DNA of 64,000 nucleotides from Escherichia coli (GTDB lineage Bacteria; Pseudomonadota; Gammaproteobacteria; Enterobacterales; Enterobacteriaceae): NCBI RefSeq assembly GCF_041886205.1, contig NZ_CP169029.1; one strand, 5' to 3'. Shown piece by piece: positions 61,277 to 64,000 of this stretch (position 1 is its first letter; each line of letters starts with the position of its first letter). The notes under the pieces were generated by a model. It saw only the letters and a program-made list of their open reading frames with translations, ran no database searches and was not told where the DNA came from. The position numbers and the translations under genes were made by a program.

Positions 61277-61620
61277 AACTTTATCAGTCCATAAAAATCA
61301 ACGGAAACGCAGATGGTTCACACGTCCATTACCAACGGATTGTTGCCATAACAGTTAACATAAAGGACTGAACGACTGTTTTTAACAGCTGCACTGCATT
61401 ATCTCATTATCCATCACCACCATACCCACCAGATAAAACAACGGACGGACTCCCCATAACAGAACATCATCAATATCACCAGCATGCCACTCAAAGTGTT
61501 GCTGCATCATGCTGCGCCGGCATGTTCTTCTCTTTTTTCCTGCGCATCGTATATCCCATTTTAAATGGGTGATGGCATATTCCACCACCGTTGGCTACTG
61601 CATACTATCGGGACGAAACT

Positions 61621-64000
61621 TCACACTTTCTGAACGGCACGACGGATCACCCCCACCCAGTATCCGACAGACTCCTCACTGCGTTCGTAAAAATCCTTCT
61701 TCCCTCCCAGCATTTCCACTAATTCCGGCGACATGTCCTGCAGATAACTCTGTAAATCATGACAGAGATCTTCCGGTGACTGCAACTCATAAACTGCACA
61801 CCACACATCGCCCTGCCTGATCTTAAGCCCCGGGTTAAGAATATACTGTCCGTGGTTCAGTCTCAGAAAAAGCTTTTTGCCATAAGGATTTTTGCTGTTA
61901 ACTTCATGCTGAAAAAGCTGGCCGCTGATATAACTTCTTCGTTTGCGACGTTCCGGCAGCAACGCTTCAGGAAGGTGGGCCACACACTCTGCCAGTCGTG
62001 CTGCACTGAATGCTTCTGAAAAAGCCAGTGCATTCCCCAGATGCGTGTGGAACAGTGCCTGCATCAGGCTCACCAGAAACATTGCCATCTGCCGGTTGTC
62101 CAGTTTGATGAGCCGTCCTTCCACCTGCAGTGAGAGACTTTCAGGTTTCAGCAGGGTATACAACTGCGCACTTTTCTGTTGCGCATAACGGGGTGTACTG
62201 ACCGCCGCTGACAAAACATGATGATAAGCCGCCAGCCCGTCATTACCCGTCAGCGAGGGATCTGCGCCACGATCAAGCAGTAGCTGAACCAGTGCGATGT
62301 TACCTGCCCGGGCTGCTGACATCAGCAGAGTAAGATTAAACGGCGAACGGTGATCAACTCCATAACGTTCAATATCCCGCAACACAGCAACCGGGTTATT
62401 CATTGAGTATGACCGGAAATACTTCTGCTCCAGCAACTGCAGAGTCTTCGTCCTGGGCTGCCTTGTGGGCTTAAAATCTTCCCGGTACAGCGCATTATAC
62501 AACGGGCACAGGGAATAAATCAGACTGTACTCCAGCGCCTGCAGTTGTGTGGTTTTATCGGCTGTACCTGCGAGGATCTGTTCTTTCCACTGCCGGGCCT
62601 CCTCTGCGGTGATTACCGACCATGGCACCTCAGATGTCTGCAGGATCCGGCTGCGGATGGTATCCGCCTGCTCCTGCTTCCCCTGTTTCTCAAGCAGATG
62701 CGCAGTTTTCTGCCACTCGTCACGGCTGGAAACCTCTTCCTGCAGATTCAGTTGCTCTTCCTGATGTGTGAGCGCAAGCAGACACCACAACGGGTGCGCC
62801 ACCTGCTGTTCAACAAGATACACGTTGTGTGTGGCACGGGTGAACGCAACATACAGCGCGTTGATAAAAAACTTATAGATTTCTGCTGAACGATCCTGCC
62901 TGTCCCGCGGACGGGAATAACGGGCCTCGCCCTCAAGGTCTGCCGGAGAGATTCCCCCGCAGATATCATCAAATGCCTGCCGGGCACCGCTGACCATGTT
63001 GTAGAGGATCACCGTTTCGTATTCCAGCCCCTTCACTTCCTGAACCGAAAAGACCAGCGGTGTACTGAACCAGCACCGTGCCTGTGCTTTCTGTTCCGGA
63101 TGCATCACAATAACCGCCACCCGATTCAAACGTGAGGTTTTGGTGTTCAGTTCCTGTTTTGTCTCTTCCCTGTCTTCCAGTAACATGACAGCGCCTTCCG
63201 TCTGACCACAGCTTCTGACGAAATGGTGGCTTTCCCGATCAATGGCACTGAACCGGGCCTGTCTGAGCCTCAACAGACGGTTAGCCAGTGCGGTGATATG
63301 GTGCCCGTTACGGTAATTTGCCTGCAGGATATTAATGGGTGCGTCGTTCCCCTGTTGCTGCCGGAAAAAGAGACTTTTGAGCGAACTCCATGAGAAAAAG
63401 CTGAGGTGTACAATCTGACTGGCATCACCACAAAGCAAAAACTGACCAGGATGACGTAACGTTTTCAGTACCAGTTGCAACTGAACAGGCGTCATATCCT
63501 GAACTTCATCGACGAAAATAGCATCGTAACGGGGCTCTGCCAGCGGCAGATACTGATGGCTGAGCAGATTACTGTCATACTGATTCGACTGTTTCAGCCA
63601 TACCGTATAACGTTCAAACAGGGCATAGACCGTCGGGCGGTCATCCATGCTGTAGAGCGACTGCCGTACCCCCAGCGACAGATACGCCTCCCGGGACAGC
63701 GGTCCGTTGCCGGAAGCGGCCGCACCAATCACGCCCCTGAACTCCTCATACAGGGTATGGGCAGATCCCAGTGCAGCGATGCTCCGGTTGCGGGGCAACC
63801 AGTCGCTGAACGCACTGAAGGTCACCTCCCGGCCTTCCGGAATACGCAGGGTTTCCAGGAATTCCGTCAGTGACAGAAAGTCAATATTCTGCACATCACT
63901 CCCTTCCCCCGACGCGTTATAAAGCGTTCGCGCTTTTTCCACCAGAAATGAGGACAGGCTGAGATACAGTATATCACCAGCAACCTGCTTCATTTTTTCC
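61621..64000 (-). CDS. SF1 (UvrD-like) helicase with C-terminal ankyrin-like repeat; 5' end probably beyond window
   Basis: Helicase motifs II FVDEVQD, III CGDASQ, IV ANYRN, V/VI ...VAFTRATHNVYLV; no Walker A within the window; ankyrin-like LTLLMSAARAGNIALVQLLLDRGADPSL. Confidence 0.65.
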   Translation of the reverse strand, partial: EKMKQVAGDILYLSLSSFLVEKARTLYNASGEGSDVQNIDFLSLTEFLETLRIPEGREVTFSAFSDWLPRNRSIAALGSAHTLYEEFRGVIGAAASGNGPLSREAYLSLGVRQSLYSMDDRPTVYALFERYTVWLKQSNQYDSNLLSHQYLPLAEPRYDAIFVDEVQDMTPVQLQLVLKTLRHPGQFLLCGDASQIVHLSFFSWSSLKSLFFRQQQGNDAPINILQANYRNGHHITALANRLLRLRQARFSAIDRESHHFVRSCGQTEGAVMLLEDREETKQELNTKTSRLNRVAVIVMHPEQKAQARCWFSTPLVFSVQEVKGLEYETVILYNMVSGARQAFDDICGGISPADLEGEARYSRPRDRQDRSAEIYKFFINALYVAFTRATHNVYLVEQQVAHPLWCLLALTHQEEQLNLQEEVSSRDEWQKTAHLLEKQGKQEQADTIRSRILQTSEVPWSVITAEEARQWKEQILAGTADKTTQLQALEYSLIYSLCPLYNALYREDFKPTRQPRTKTLQLLEQKYFRSYSMNNPVAVLRDIERYGVDHRSPFNLTLLMSAARAGNIALVQLLLDRGADPSLTGNDGLAAYHHVLSAAVSTPRYAQQKSAQLYTLLKPESLSLQVEGRLIKLDNRQMAMFLVSLMQALFHTHLGNALAFSEAFSAARLAECVAHLPEALLPERRKRRSYISGQLFQHEVNSKNPYGKKLFLRLNHGQYILNPGLKIRQGDVWCAVYELQSPEDLCHDLQSYLQDMSPELVEMLGGKKDFYERSEESVGYWVGVIRRAVQKV

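Overview
The window opens with E. coli-type chromosomal backbone (opgE 3' end, ompX, rhtA, dps, glnH). From about 4.4 kb onward, where glnP/glnQ would be expected, it is an IS-rich accessory island. The island carries a P4-type integrase, a uhpABC-like two-component module with an afuABC-type sugar-phosphate ABC transporter, an AT-rich stretch with a phosphoethanolamine-transferase fragment, and an autotransporter 5' fragment cut by a complete ISEc8 (IS66 family). Further on are an AraC-family regulator, a class B acid phosphatase, a second IS66-family element, a general porin, a katP-like periplasmic catalase-peroxidase with a cytochrome b562-like gene, several IS remnants (IS21, ISL3-like, IS66, IS110), and type VI secretion remnants (ImpA_N/VasL-like, TssE fragment) with a NERD-SF1 helicase gene between them. 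The most striking content is on the minus strand at 44.6-59.9 kb: a complete cdiB-cdiA-cdiI contact-dependent inhibition (CDI) locus with a 3259-aa CdiA (TPS domain, VENN motif, C-terminal toxin of unassigned class), followed by an array of promoter-less orphan cdiA-CT/cdiI modules. One orphan module pairs a glycine-rich, probably membrane-acting toxin with an 80-aa two-TM immunity protein (EC93-like); another toxin ends in GYGI, the CysK-binding tail of the UPEC536-type tRNase. Upstream of cdiB lie two unknown small genes and a 5'-truncated SF1 helicase with an ankyrin-like repeat. All calls rest on reading the six-frame translations and motifs by eye; no database searches were run.
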